A stretch of 63,623 nt of DNA, filler included, from 9 parts of 9 records of this genome joined end to end with filler, not necessarily neighbours in it, one strand, 5' to 3'; counted from the first letter of the whole stretch, positions 11,007-23,780 are shown. Numbers and translations are program-made. The notes: generated from the letters alone by a model not told the origin.

Positions 11007-14000
11007 ATGGTGCGGCTCGCGACGGGCGAGCTGCTCTTTCAGCGCGGCGATCTGGATGCGCCGCCCGATGCGAGCGTGGAAGAGGCGCCGACCGTTGCGA
11101 GCGTGGTTGATGGGAGCGCGGCTGAGAACGTGGCGGCGGGGGTGGTCGAAGAGGATGCTGCGGAGGTGAGCGATGCTCTGGCAGCTGCCAAGATTCAGTC
11201 GATGCAGCGCGGCAAAATCGCTCGTCGAGAGCTGGGTGAGCAGCGAGCTGCTGCCACCCGGATCCAAGCCATGCGGCGAGGGAAAGTCGCCCGGCGTTCG
11301 TGCTCCACTTTAGACCGTTCGCCACGTGCGCCCATCCCTGACCCTGAGCCCGAGCCCGAGCCTGATATAGCATCCAAGAGCGTTCCTAAACGGACTGGCA
11401 AGGGTGGAGGTGTGGTGAGTCGACTGACAGCCAAGACATACGACCAGTCCATCGTCGAGAAGGTGAAAGCACGGAAGAAGCCACAGTCGAAGAAGATTGA
11501 TGGCGATTTCCTTTCGCGACTGAACCGCCCGACAGCTGGGGCACGAGCTGAAGCAGAGGGTAAAACATTATCAAAGGGGAAGTCCAGCTTTGGGGCTGAA
11601 GCAGCTCAGCGCCGCAAGACGCCACCGAATGGCAAACAAAGTAAACAAGTGGTAGTGCGAGGATCAGTGAAAGCAAATACTAGGCCGGTTGGCGCCGCAA
11701 CGAGCGCTGCCGGCACGCCGCTAGGAGTACCCAACGATACAGAGGACGGTGACGAGACTGCGCCACCGGTCGTGACTCGGGCGATAGTGGATTCTACCCG
11801 CGGCGGCGGGCTGCTGCAGCCGCTCCTTCGTGAGATCAACAGCAGCATGGGCCCGGCAGCGACGACATCAGCGACCGAAGACCCAGCGCTAGTCGGCCTG
11901 GACCGCATCAAGAAGTTCGCGGACTGTGGAATTTTTACTCGGGAACAGCTCATGCACACACTACAAACCCGGGCCTCGCAAGGCCTCACGCTCCCTTACG
12001 AGGCGTACTTCCGAGGGCGCTGCTTCCTGTTTAATGAGCTCATTGCAACGTGTTCCAATGGAGAGACAGAGGTCGTCGAGGTTGCTGATGCGCTGGCCGC
12101 TGGAATCACTGCACGTGAGGGCGTGGAACTCGGAGCGGCGACACATGATGCAGATGGTCAACCAGGTGTGAACCTCGAGGCGCCTCTGGCGGCAGCACTG
12201 ATCTTGGTGGACAGGACTGATATTCGGCCGCCCTTGATGCGGATCGGCATCACGACAGTCGCAGCGTTTCTCCAAGCCACAGACAGTATTGACGTCGGCA
12301 GCTCGATTATTTCTGTTGAGCTAAATCAGAAAATGCGTGCCGCTGGAGAGCGTATCTTAGCGGAAGACACGCTCAAGCGGATTCGCGCCTGCTGTGTCAA
12401 GCAAGCAGATCCACCTGGGCTGTCTGAGTCAAAGACTGATGGCGCGAATAAACCGCGACGTGGACGAGCCGTGCGTGGCAAAACAGGGCAGGGGACGCAG
12501 GGGAAGAAGAAGATCAGCAATGAGATGGATGGCTGCAAGCTGAAAGGCACGCACGGCAGGCAGTGGTCGATCCTGAAGAAGGAGACATCACGGCTGCCTG
12601 GCGCTCCGGAGACGACAGCGGCAGCAGATGCTGCACAGGAGAAGAGGGGAAAGCGTGGGCAGGCGAGGGCCGTGACATCAAGAGATAATGGCGACCCGCC
12701 GGATGTATATTATGTTGAAGGGGACCTTCCAATTGTAATTGGTGTACCTTTTGCAGGAAACGCAGGCTGGTCTGGCTGCGGGTCTGCGAGCTCAGTCAAC
12801 GAGTGGAGCGGTTTTGGCAACGGCAACGCCGAGCGGCGAGTCGCCTTGTATCCCGAGCCGCGAGGTGAGGGGGGCACAACAGTTGGCGACATTGGCGTGG
12901 GCGTGGAAATGACCGACCCAGAAGGCCGTGTGCGTGCGGAGACCACGCGGCCGCTTGGGCAGCAGGATAAGTTTCTCTACTACCACCTACTGCCGACCAA
13001 CACCGTCGACGACGATACCGGGCGCCCGGTCGACTGGGAAGTGAATAGCTGGATTTATCTCGCCTCAGATCAGCGACTGGCTGTAGGTGGTGGCACACCG
13101 TCAAGCTTTTTCAAGGTTGCTGCACAATCTGAGCCAACCGGACAGCTGGATTCGCACTGGTCTGAGGCTGAGAGTGGACGTAGAGACGTGCTAGAGCTGG
13201 TCGACCGGTTGCGGGAGCGATCCTTCGATACTGTTGGCGGAACGCCGCACGTAGTAGTGGTGTCCCTCCACCCAGCGATAGTGGATGTTACCCTCTCTCG
13301 CGAGCACTGCATCGCCACATTCAGTGGGACAGACAGCTTGCGGGCACGCGCTGAGGATGCCTGGTGCAACTACCACACGTTTGTCGAAGTGGCCAAATGG
13401 CGGCAGATGGAAGGGAGCAAGAAACGGCGTGGCGGGACGGGCCTGTTTGCCGAGGTATCTCACCGTCTGTTGCAGGGCAGCAGCGGCAGTAGCAGCAAAA
13501 TGGTAGAGTTAGGATATGGGCTGGCGAGATTTGAGCTCGCGGCAGCGCTGAAGCCCCCGGACGGGAAGATGAAGCCACCTGACGACCGCGTGATCGCGAA
13601 GGCGTTCAGTATGTTCGACACGGACGGGTCTGGCTCCATCGACTTGAACGAACTTCGAGGTGTGTGCAAGCAGATCGGAGTACCGATGACAGATGACGAT
13701 CTGCGTGCTGCGATGGCAGAGATCGACGAGGACGGTTCCGGGGAACTAGACAAGAAGGAGTTCAAAGCGTGGTTTAAGTCACTTTCAGCGGCTGGGACCG
13801 GGGGCAAAGGAGGCTCAAGGCTGGAAGAGATAAAAGTACGGTCCATTCTGTCGGGCTCGACCGTAGCTGGCCTTTCCCGACGTATGCAGGGCGGATCCTC
13901 ACCACGGGATGCACTGGTCGGCGAAACGGCGCTTGGCACTTTGTTTGGCGCGTATGGGTTGGAATGTGCGCCGTCTGCTACGAAACCAAGTGGGAACTCT

Positions 14001-14339
14001 GTTGGCGGTGCAGTTGGTGGCGGTCAGTATTCGGTGAGCGCCCACGGCTCAAAGCAAGGAGGATCGACTGTGGACTCGGTGCAGATTGGTCTGCCACCAG
14101 GATTGTGGAAGGATGCAAACCCAGACGGAGGCCCGAGCAGCGACCTTATTCGCCTGGCCGCATCATCCGTGGCCGACGGACTGGTCGCGTACGTTTCGGC
14201 GAACTGTGGGTTACAGAAGGTGCCAGGTAGTGGGGCGCTACGGCGTAGCCGTGGACTCAAGCGAGACATGTGGAAGCGGTTTGTGACAGAAACGAGTGTC
14301 ACTGGTGTCCAGACGGACGGCACGCTGCATGTGCGATAA
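11007..14339 (+). CDS. IQ-motif and EF-hand protein with a degenerate N-formylglutamate amidohydrolase-like domain
   Basis: Two IQ motifs (IQSMQRGKIARR, IQAMRRGKVARR) and two EF loops (DTDGSGSIDLNE, DEDGSGELDKKE). The flanking GDLPIVIGVP, AWCNYHTFV, VELGYGL and HGSKQGGSTVDSVQI match that amidohydrolase-like family. Start is uncertain. Confidence 0.75.
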   Translation: MVRLATGELLFQRGDLDAPPDASVEEAPTVASVVDGSAAENVAAGVVEEDAAEVSDALAAAKIQSMQRGKIARRELGEQRAAATRIQAMRRGKVARRSCSTLDRSPRAPIPDPEPEPEPDIASKSVPKRTGKGGGVVSRLTAKTYDQSIVEKVKARKKPQSKKIDGDFLSRLNRPTAGARAEAEGKTLSKGKSSFGAEAAQRRKTPPNGKQSKQVVVRGSVKANTRPVGAATSAAGTPLGVPNDTEDGDETAPPVVTRAIVDSTRGGGLLQPLLREINSSMGPAATTSATEDPALVGLDRIKKFADCGIFTREQLMHTLQTRASQGLTLPYEAYFRGRCFLFNELIATCSNGETEVVEVADALAAGITAREGVELGAATHDADGQPGVNLEAPLAAALILVDRTDIRPPLMRIGITTVAAFLQATDSIDVGSSIISVELNQKMRAAGERILAEDTLKRIRACCVKQADPPGLSESKTDGANKPRRGRAVRGKTGQGTQGKKKISNEMDGCKLKGTHGRQWSILKKETSRLPGAPETTAAADAAQEKRGKRGQARAVTSRDNGDPPDVYYVEGDLPIVIGVPFAGNAGWSGCGSASSVNEWSGFGNGNAERRVALYPEPRGEGGTTVGDIGVGVEMTDPEGRVRAETTRPLGQQDKFLYYHLLPTNTVDDDTGRPVDWEVNSWIYLASDQRLAVGGGTPSSFFKVAAQSEPTGQLDSHWSEAESGRRDVLELVDRLRERSFDTVGGTPHVVVVSLHPAIVDVTLSREHCIATFSGTDSLRARAEDAWCNYHTFVEVAKWRQMEGSKKRRGGTGLFAEVSHRLLQGSSGSSSKMVELGYGLARFELAAALKPPDGKMKPPDDRVIAKAFSMFDTDGSGSIDLNELRGVCKQIGVPMTDDDLRAAMAEIDEDGSGELDKKEFKAWFKSLSAAGTGGKGGSRLEEIKVRSILSGSTVAGLSRRMQGGSSPRDALVGETALGTLFGAYGLECAPSATKPSGNSVGGAVGGGQYSVSAHGSKQGGSTVDSVQIGLPPGLWKDANPDGGPSSDLIRLAASSVADGLVAYVSANCGLQKVPGSGALRRSRGLKRDMWKRFVTETSVTGVQTDGTLHVR

Positions 14340-14503
14340 CGTCGCAATACGGATCCCTGTACATTGTTCTGTTCAGTGCGAAGCAATGTTGCATTGTTGT
14401 GGATGGAACCTGCCTTACCACCCCCCACAAACCAGCGCACTATCGAGATGGGACACGGGAGCTTGTGGTCGATCTTTGCCTAGTCCAAACGAACTTTTGA
14501 GAG

Positions 14504-16040
14504 CTAGAATTTCTGTCGGATAGCTTTGCCATCGGGTCCGTAGTCAGGTGGCAAGATGAGGTTCACGCCCACAGCCTGCGCGTAGCACAGACCAATGCCT
14601 ACGATCTTGATTGCGAAGAGGCCGAACGAGATCACCGCCGAATCTGGTTTCGCCACCGTAACCGCAGGCTCAGGGCGAGGGACAGACAAGACATGCAAAC
14701 GAGGGATGCGCGTAGAGAGAAGAGAGATATGCTGCAGTGGATCCGCACATTGGATGTATGCCACAGTGTGGGCCGGCTCGTTTGTAGCCACGTAGATACC
14801 CAGTATCGGCAGTGCCATCTCTGCGAAGATCATCGGAATGGGAAGTTTGGTCAAGGTGTCGTGAATAAGCTCAAGGCACATGCGAGAGAAACCGGCAGAT
14901 GTTCCAAGCATGAAGAGCAGCTGGGTATCGAAATTGTCGAGCTTGTCAGAGAGCACCGCTGCCCACTTAATCATCGCGAGCAGATAAGCAAAGTATGGCA
15001 GTAGATCCCGAACGGCATTGACCATTGCCTCTGACCACCAGTCGGCCAGACTGTCTCCAGCCACGGCCTTCTTGACATATCGCATCGAGTCCGTGAAGCC
15101 AATGACCATTGTCATCATGAGGAATGTAGCCAGCAGCTGGCCGTCCGTCTTGATCCACTCGCCCAGCATGTCGTTCGCTTGGCCGCCAATACCGTCGGTC
15201 GGCAGCGCCCCTTTGAGCATGCTGAGATAGGTTGTGCCGACCCACGTTCCGGGCCAGCTCTGCGCCACAGAATACAGGCAGATGAAGACGGCAGTGTACT
15301 CCGATTCGTCCGCAGCGATGTAGTCCATACTGCGCGACACACCACAGCGCATCTCAGCAGTCCGCTTGATTAAATGCTCAGCGGCGCAGCGCTGGGCGCG
15401 CGGGGCTGGACGCGTGATGGTAGCTGCTCACCGCAGAATGTGTGTGTAGTGTTCCTCCCAAGCCACGCCGATCCACTGCACCATACCCATGGCGGTGAAG
15501 ACGACGCTCCACATTGGTGGCAGCGCGATCACGATTCCGAACGTGCTCATCAGCAAACCGATGGTTAGCGAGTCGCAGCCGTGGTCCATCATCTGGCCTA
15601 GCGGAGAGCCCATGCCGCGGCGGCGCGCCAGCTTGCCATCTACGTTGTCCAGCGTGTTGTACATGACGACGAGGAGAGCGCCGAGTAAGATATTCTGGGT
15701 TGCCGCCTCCTCGTCAGCGTCTTCGCCTGCGGCGAGCTTGCGTGCGTTGTTGGCGAATAGGACGACCGACCACGAGCACATCGCGCCCACCACCGTCACG
15801 GCGTTCGGGGTGATCGCCATTGGCAGGATCGCGGCGATCCAGTCCCATACATCCGCCAGCGGCGAGTTGCACAGGATACTGCGGTTCACCGAGTTGTACT
15901 GGTAGCCCCGCAGCGCATTGATCTGGCCCGCGTCGATCGTCGTCCCCAGGATGCTGATCGGCTCCGCTCCCGCCTTCCTCCCGGCGGCACTCGAGCTCCG
16001 CTTCGCCGGCGCAGACGGCGAGCGCGAGCTCTTCCGCTTT
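14504..16040 (-). CDS. CDP-alcohol phosphatidyltransferase (choline/ethanolamine phosphotransferase-like), 5' exon missing; exons 16040..15432, 15329..14749, 14643..14504
   Basis: Signature DNVDGKLARRRGMGSPLGQMMDHGCD; ITPNAVT; multiple hydrophobic segments; introns 15431-15330 and 14748-14644. Confidence 0.88.
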
Positions 16041-16275
16041 CTGCCGCCGCACACCAACACTCTCAGCCACCCCGCCCACAGCCCCCCAAAACAGACAGCG
16101 AAGCGGCGCGGTACACAACAGCAGCTACACAGAAGGCATAGAGCCTGCATCCCACCAACGACGACTTTCCACACGTCACGCTACACCCCGTCCCTCCTCT
16201 ACCACGCCTACGGAGCCCCCAGGACCCCAAATCACCGCCGAAAAGGACGGACCAGAAACAAATAAGGCGTAAGGT

Positions 16276-16302
16276 TCTCTCTCTCTCTCTCTCTCTCTCT
16301 CT
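16276..16302 (+). repeat. (TC)n microsatellite at contig end
   Basis: Direct reading. Confidence 0.9.
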
Positions 16303-16402
16303 NNNNNNNNNNNNNNNNNNNNNNNNNNNNNNNNNNNNNNNNNNNNTTAATTAATTAANNNNNNNNNNNNNNNNNNNNNNNNNNNNNNNNNNNNNNNNNN
16401 NN
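16303..16402. other. Artificial contig linker 3
   Basis: N44-TTAATTAATTAA-N44. Confidence 0.98.
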
Positions 16403-16693
16403 CGAGCTAGGTATTCCTATTTTCAAAAAGCCCGATCCGCCACGGAGGTCCTGCCCGCCTCCTGCGCGTGTGCCGCAGCGCGTGCAGCTCAGCCATGCAG
16501 TGGCATGCACGCATGCAGCCCTCTTGCTGATCGCCCATGCCTCGAATGCCAGATGCCACCGGCGGCGGACCTCCCTGGCGGCGGACGGAGCCACGGTCAC
16601 CACAGCAACACAGCAAGGGGCTGATCAAGGGAGAGAGAACTGGCGGACTGGGGAGGGGGTGGCGGGGGCAGACTGAGAGAGCAGGTACAGGCG

Positions 16694-19600
16694 ATGGCGG
16701 CCGAGCAGGAGGACGTGCCAGCATGGTTGAAGGCGAACAACCTGGGCGAGTACGCGGACGAGTTCATGAAGCACGGCTACGACGATCTGAAGGACTTGTG
16801 CCAGTACACGGACGACGAGTTCTGCGGCCTTAAAGAACTCGTTGGAATCAAGCAGGGGCATGCCAACAAGCTTCGCCGCCTGCTGAAGGCCCGCCGCACA
16901 AGTGGAGCTGAGACCGCTGCCACGAACACCACCGCTGGTCCAGCAGCAAAACGAAGCCCGCCTGCCTCAGCCGAAGATCATACTGCCTCAAGGGCAGCGA
17001 AGAAGACCCGTACGGTGGGCACTGAGCATGAGCTGAACGGACATAGTGGAGCGCCAGCGAGTTCGGCGGCAGTCGGTAGCGACGTTGACGGTCCCTACGC
17101 TCGCAGCGCTGGACCCCGGGCCCCAGATTCTTCTGCACTGCAATCAAACGGAAATCTGGCAGACAAAGAGCTCGCCCGCAGCAACCGTCGTTTGTCAGCC
17201 CCATTCTCTCCTGTCAGTGTTCCACAAATGGTGGAGAGGGGAGTCCCAAAGAGTGCTCACTTGGATGGCGAGGGCCCAGATGCGTCTACATGGAACGACG
17301 ATGGCGATGGGGATGTTCTATGCCCGCCGTCACTTGGTGCGCCTGGCGCCGACGAGGACGGGGGTCACCCCCTACATGCGAACGAAGACGCGACAAAAGG
17401 ACACTCCGCATCCACTGTACAACAGATGCCCGAGCAGGACGAAGGAAACTACATTGACGAGGCGAGCTCCGCCGGCCGCAAGCGTCGCACGCAGGACAAA
17501 CCAGAAAACGTTTGCAAACGACGTCCAGTGGCAGAAGCCTCAGCTGCACTGCTGGCCTCAGCTGCAGAAGCGCCTCGCGATGATTCAAGCCTTACTGCTT
17601 CCAGCGCCATGTCAGCGGCTGCTGCTAGTATGTCCATCTCCGCAGCTCAGCTGAAACCAACTGTACACGACGTTGCCCTTCTGTGGCCGCAAGAAACCAC
17701 ATGCATCCAGCTTGACGTGATGAACCCGCTCTTTGCTGACGGGGCGCACTCAAGTCGGCACCACTTGATCCAAATGTGCGCGTCAGATGACGCGCAAAGG
17801 CAGCTACTGACCAGTTACTGCCACGAGATTGCGTCGGGAAACTTGTCTTCAGAAGACGCTGGGGTAAAGTTCTTTCCGATTGAACAGAAGGCCACCCTGC
17901 AACAGATCGTCAAGGTGTTGCGAAAGCAGCTGCCGACGAAGCTGCCGAGCTGGGGGACAGCGGCGTCAGGAAAGCAGGAGCAGCATCGGGCCATTTTTGG
18001 CATTCAGAAGCGAGCTACAAATTCGATGTGCGATATGCGCGAAGAGCTGTTCAGTGCTTTTTTCAATGATCCAAAAGGTCTCAACGCCTATGACCGAGAA
18101 GTCCTGTGGTGCCTGCACGTGCTTGAGACTCTCCAGCCGAACCCGTGGATTCGAATTCGCTACACCGGCTCAGACCAAAGTCAAGTAGCTAACAGCCTTA
18201 TGATTCCGCAAACTGTCGAGCGGTTGAAGATTGACGTGCTCCAAGCGTCGGCCGCAGCAGCTTCACTACCTGACCGATCGAGCGAGAACATTTATCGTCA
18301 GCCATGTTACTGCCTCTGGCGTGTAATCTCAGCAGCTCTTCCTGAGCAGCTTGGGCCTCGGGCTTCTTCGGACTGGGCGCCTGGCCTACGCATGCTGGAA
18401 GCAGCGTCGATTGTGACCAGAGAACGCCGCCAGCGAGAGGGCCAGGACGCCTTTGCCTTGCCTAGAGAGCAAGAACAGATCTTGGGCCAGAAGGTTGCCA
18501 CACAGCTGTTTCCGTACCAGAAAAGCAATCTCGCCTTTCTCTTGCAGCGCGAGCGACACGATGTGCAGCCCGCGGGTGCAGACCCACTATGGTGCCCGCT
18601 TCGCACTCATGGTGGCCAAACCTTTTGGTTCGAGCCCACCGAGGGCTACGTAAGTACGAAACCACCACAGGATGTGTCGCCTCCTATTCGTGGTGGAATG
18701 CTTGCAGACGAGATGGGTCTTGGCAAAACTGCTGTTGCGATCGCACTCGCACACCTCCATCCGCGTCCTTCGAACTACACTGCGCCAAATCAGGTGTACG
18801 AAGTCGACTGGGCTCGGTCAACATCGGCACATTGTCCCGATAGTGCGTTGCAGCACGCCACCACCTGCGAACAAGCTGCGTTCTCATTCAAGAAGTCAGA
18901 CCTGTCGCAGCTGCTGCGCGAGTCGCAAAGTCCACCGCGCTCGCAGTGTGTCTTCCTCATGGTCACACTGGGGGATCCGAACATCAGTGTTTGGGTTGGT
19001 GCTGGCGCGAAAAAGATACACTTGCCCGACCTCCAGTGCACGCGCTGGGATCTGGGGGATATGATTGGGAGATCGTTCGCAACACAGCAACACTTTGAGC
19101 GCGTGGGGACCATCCGAGTGAACCTCCAAGGACACATTATTGAAGACTTTCAGCACTGGCAGTTTTGGAGAACGCCGCAGAGTAGACGGCAGACGGCTGC
19201 CACATTAGTCGTATGCCCGCAGGCGCTGGTTCACCAGTGGGAAAGTCAAATCAAGATGCACAGCTGTGAGCCTCAAAATGTGTTCAGATACCAGTGTGCC
19301 GGCAACCAGCAGCAGCAGCAAGCGGCAGAGGAAGCACTCGTACAAGCAGACTGGGTCGTAATGACCTATCATGAACTGGCACTGCTTAACGCTAAAGACG
19401 CGCCTGTGTCTATTGAGTGGTGGCGTGTAGTCATCGATGAGGCTCAGACCATGCAGGATGCAAAGCTACTACAGAAAGCGTTGGCAACAAAACTGCAAGC
19501 GGTGAACCGCGTGCTGCTGTCGGGGACACCCGTTACCATTGGTAGTACCGTTGACGACCTCTCACCCCTGTTCAAGTTTTTCGGGATCCAGCCATACTGC

Positions 19601-22600
19601 GACTCCTGGTTCTGGGATGAGGGCGTCAAAGCCAAGGTAGGAGACGGCACACCCGCGGAAACAGCACGGCTGGAGAAGATACTTGGGCAGCTCATGACGA
19701 GGACACTCAAAACAGACTTTTCGTCTGCAGAGCTTGGCCGCATGATGAACGATCAGCACGAGGAAAAGATATCGGTCAGATTCTCTCAGCTCGAAAGCTG
19801 CCTATATAAGCATGAGCTTCAACTACTGAAGGAGAAGCGGACGACCATGGAAGCGATCCATATGTGTTGCTCGTATCCGATGCACTGGGGCAAGGCGGAC
19901 AGTCTGGCTGAGATGTGCGAGAAGCAGCACCAGATTGCGATGGACAACCTGCAGATGAGTCAGCACACAGTGCTTGCCAGGATTAATGAGCGCGGAGATC
20001 TCTACAAGTTACTGTTTGATCAGCACACGCACACGCACACGCAGCAACTACTCGACCAGGCGCAAACCGCATACTCGGATGCGCTGTCGTTTGATGTGAC
20101 ACGGCCAGATGTCGATACGCACTACCAAAAGGCTCACGCTGCAGCGTGCTTGGTTCAGATAAGCAATTCACACGGCGATGAGATTGCTCGTTGGGCCAAC
20201 GCGATGATTAATCCAACATTTGAGCTCGCGAAAGCTGCGGTGTCCGTCGTGGAACAAGCATCCACGCAACCAACGGACATCTCGTCCGTTGTCGGAGATG
20301 AAGAGGCGTGCTGGGACATCGTCCAGGACTGGTCCAAATCCAAGACGACGTCAGAGTTTGACAGTGTTAAGCAGCAAGTCCAAGAGGCTGGCTTTGCCCT
20401 GGCGTATTATAAGACTGAGGATCAGGCCACAGGTGATGATAGGTTAACAGGAATCGGCGGTCCCCAGACTACTGATCGTGCGACGAAGTCAGCCACGGCA
20501 GGTTCTGCAGTGACAGACAGTCGAATACCTAAAGGTCAAACGTTGCCAGCAGTCGGGACTGAGCTTCTAGTGGAACTCCCGATCGATGCGCTAACTGGAG
20601 AAGTAACCACAGAGCTTCATCGGTGGGCGTCCAAAAAACGCAAAACCAAGAAGGATAAGGAAATAGAAAAAGATATATGCAAAGAGCTGGAAAAGCTGGA
20701 ACGCATTAAGAAACTTCGAGGTAGACACAAAACGTCGATCGCCACAGTCAGCAAGCACATCGACAAGACGACGTTCATTGTAGAACTGGAGCGCATGCAT
20801 CACCATCAAGATAAGAAGTCACCAACGAAAGTACTGACGCTCGGCGATGCTCGGTTCCAAGTAGTGAAGAGAGGAATCGCCGGGGTGTTGGAAATCCCAG
20901 ACTTGTTTGTACAGCTCAGGGACGAAAGCAATTTTGTGGACCAAACGGATGGTACTAAATTCTTTAAAGCGATGACCCGGAAAGGGCCACAGGATACGGA
21001 TGTGCCAGTAGGTGTGACTAATATGGCGGTGCTGATTGAGAGGCTGCGGCTATTCTTCAAAGAGTGCCGACATTGCCAGCAGAATGCTCGCAAGGAAATA
21101 GCGGCGCTGAGTGCGATGGTGCTGTCGTCTGGAGCTGAACAAAGTATAATATCTCAAACGGCCAAGGACGTTTTTGACGCCAACCAATCAACGAACTTTC
21201 GGCCCAGCATGTGGACAGAGTATGCTACATGTGTTTTCCGTTTTGGCTCGTGCATTTTTCGGGTGGAGAGTCTTTACTTTAACGACATCGAGGACGGTGT
21301 CAATTCTGGACGATGGCGGACTACAGGCAAAGCATTTTGCAATTACACGACACAGATGGAAGCCGTGCTTTGTTGGATTGCTGAGAGGCCACGCCAGTGC
21401 ACGATGATCAAGGACGCGGCAAAGAAATTGGTCTCAGAAATTCACGGCTGGAAAGTAGAGTTTATGGCTCAGCGCTCCGCAGTGATCCAGACTCTGCAGC
21501 ATTTGCACCGGTTGCATTTAAGCTCTCGAGCCAAGGCTGCACCTACCATGCTAGACCGTCATCGCGAAATGATGGAACTCCGGGCCAAAAATGCGCAGCG
21601 CGCCAAGAACCCAATCCTTCGCTACAGTCAGCAGGAATGGGACACGCCACAGTCAGCAGCGGCAGCGGCACCGGCGAACGAGCCCGGGATGCGAGAGCAT
21701 CCACCAGCGTGGCAGTATGAGGTGGGCGGTTCGGAGGGTCAAAGTGGGATCGAGCAGCGGCTGCGCCAAATGATTTCCACAGGCACTATTGCGCTGAAAC
21801 GGGCCAAAGAAGACTGTGCAACTGCCTCCGAGCTCGCGCACAAGCTGCAGGAGCTACAGCAGCCGGTGCAGTGTACCTTCTGCCAAGATCGTATTAACCC
21901 CGGTGCGGTAGCAGTCGTACACCATCTGTACACCATTACCCTTGAAAGTTTAGTACAGCTCGCGCGACATCCGTCGACGTGTGTTCGTAGAAATTCGTTT
22001 CTACTTGTTTTCTCTCTGACAGAATGAATGTGGCTGTGGAATGACCTGCGATTGCTCAGGTGATCTTTGCGCGAGGTTGCCGTGTGGTCACAGCTGTTTT
22101 CACAAGACATGCCCCACGGATCAAGGAAGCAGCAGACAGCAGCAGACAGCTGCCGCCAATATATCTACATGGGTGAGGCAGAATGGAGATTGTCCAATCT
22201 GTCGCAAAACGCTGAGCAGTGGGGCCTGGACCACAGAGGTTTTTGATCAGGTAAAACGCGCATGTCTGAGCTTCTGCTCCTTGCCTCCCAAAGAGCGATT
22301 TTATCTGGTCGATGAAGGTGATTCGTTTGTTGCTCGTCTGCTCAGCGCAAGCATGCGCAGCAGCTGCTGGAGCAGGCAGAGAGGGCTTACAAGCACAAGA
22401 CGGGCGTAAGGGGTTCCGACATCAATGGCGCTAAGATAACTGCCATGCTGGAGGAGATCCTGAAGATCCGTAAAACTGATGCCGCCAGACTGTCCGATAC
22501 TAGTGACGCCAGTAGCGCCACTGGCGCTCAAGAAAATAGACGTGACAGTGCTGATGACCACGAGAGTTCGGATAAGAGCGGTGGTATCGACAGCAGTCGT

Positions 22601-23180
22601 GGGGGGCGGGGCTCGAAGATCATTATTTTCTCAAAATGGCCAGAGGTCCTGCAGCGAATCTCTGCCGCGCTGAAATTGAATGGCATCGCCTGTGCGTACC
22701 CATCTGGCAAGCGGCAGGACGGCTCGCAGCCGAATGATCCCAACGCTGAGCTGGACCACTTTAAGACATCCGAGCAGACGTTTGTACTTTTGTTGCTCGT
22801 GGACGAAGGCGCGGTACGTACCAATACTCCTTCATACTGAGCAAAACTCGAACTCAGATGACTCAGACCGCGTTGCCATCGACTGAGTGGCGCAGGAAGG
22901 GCTCGATCTAACTGAAGCAAATTACATCTTCATTTCATCGCCGATTGAGCACTACACGAAGGAAGCGCAGATGAAGGCACGCGTCCGTCGGCTTGGGCAA
23001 TCGCGACCGACATTTGTAAAGCACTTCATCGTCACGGACACGGTCGAAGAGAACCTCTTCGAGCTCGGAAGATTGCAAAAGATGAATATGAGCCCTGCGC
23101 TGTCGCTCGTGGCCACGCAGCCGCTGTCACGACAAGAGCAAGAGGTTCTAGAGGCAAAAGAGATCGCAAGGCTAGGATAG
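16694..23180 (+). CDS. SAM + SNF2 ATPase + RING + helicase-C protein (SHPRH/Rad5-like E3 ligase-translocase), 2050 aa; exons 16694..21902, 22060..22250, 22346..22813, 22896..23180
   Basis: LFPYQK, GGMLADEMGLGKT, TLVVCP, WWRVVIDEAQ, LLSGTP. Spliced RING CTFC..LPCGHSCFHKTC..CPICR; KIIIFSKW; GA|EGLDLTEAN; ARVRRLGQ. N-terminal WLKANNLGEYADEF..GYD resembles a SAM domain. Confidence 0.9.
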
Positions 23181-23780
23181 ATGTTGTCATTGATCAGTGG
23201 CCACGAACAGACACTGCCTCCAATCACTGCCTTTCTTCTCTCCCTGTCTCTTTCGCTCTCACTCTCTGTCTCTAGCCGTCGGGGCCCATCACTGCATGTT
23301 CACGCCCGCGACTGCTGCAGAGGCACTACGGTTCGTGTGGTAGTGGACCACATAGCTACAGTATCCACGCGCGCGGTGGTAAATTCTGCTCTCATTTCTC
23401 GTGCGTTCCTCCGGCCAGAGGCAACTCCGAGACACACAGGGCATACGGCCGGCCGTATACCCTGTGTGTGCGTTGCGCTCTGGGCTTGTAGCCGAGTGAG
23501 TCGCTCGATGGACAGACCACGAGCACCACCTTGACCCACGGATGGCGTGCATGGTACCGTATCAGTCTAGCGCAGCCATTTTGTTTTTCACCAACAGTAC
23601 CAACAGTGCCCATCAGTGCTGTCCATACCCAGGTTCGAAAAGCCTTGCCCGATTCCGTCCGGGCGCTGATGATTGTGTCTCTGTGCATTGTTGGGCAACA
23701 CAAAGCTGATGGCGGTTGCCGTAGTGATCATCGACCCCGCCGCGGGTCCCTCTTGTTGCGTGTCAGTACGACCTACTCCA

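Noticed and set aside
21900-23180. Frameshifted pseudogenes, programmed frameshifts or an alternative genetic code explaining split ORFs here and in the myosin, SDR and aldolase
   Set aside because: Every break is resolved by a canonical GT-AG intron in the correct phase.
23300-23780. Substrate-binding domain continuing the F-box protein
   Set aside because: No convincing domain or splice path was found past the stop at 23781.
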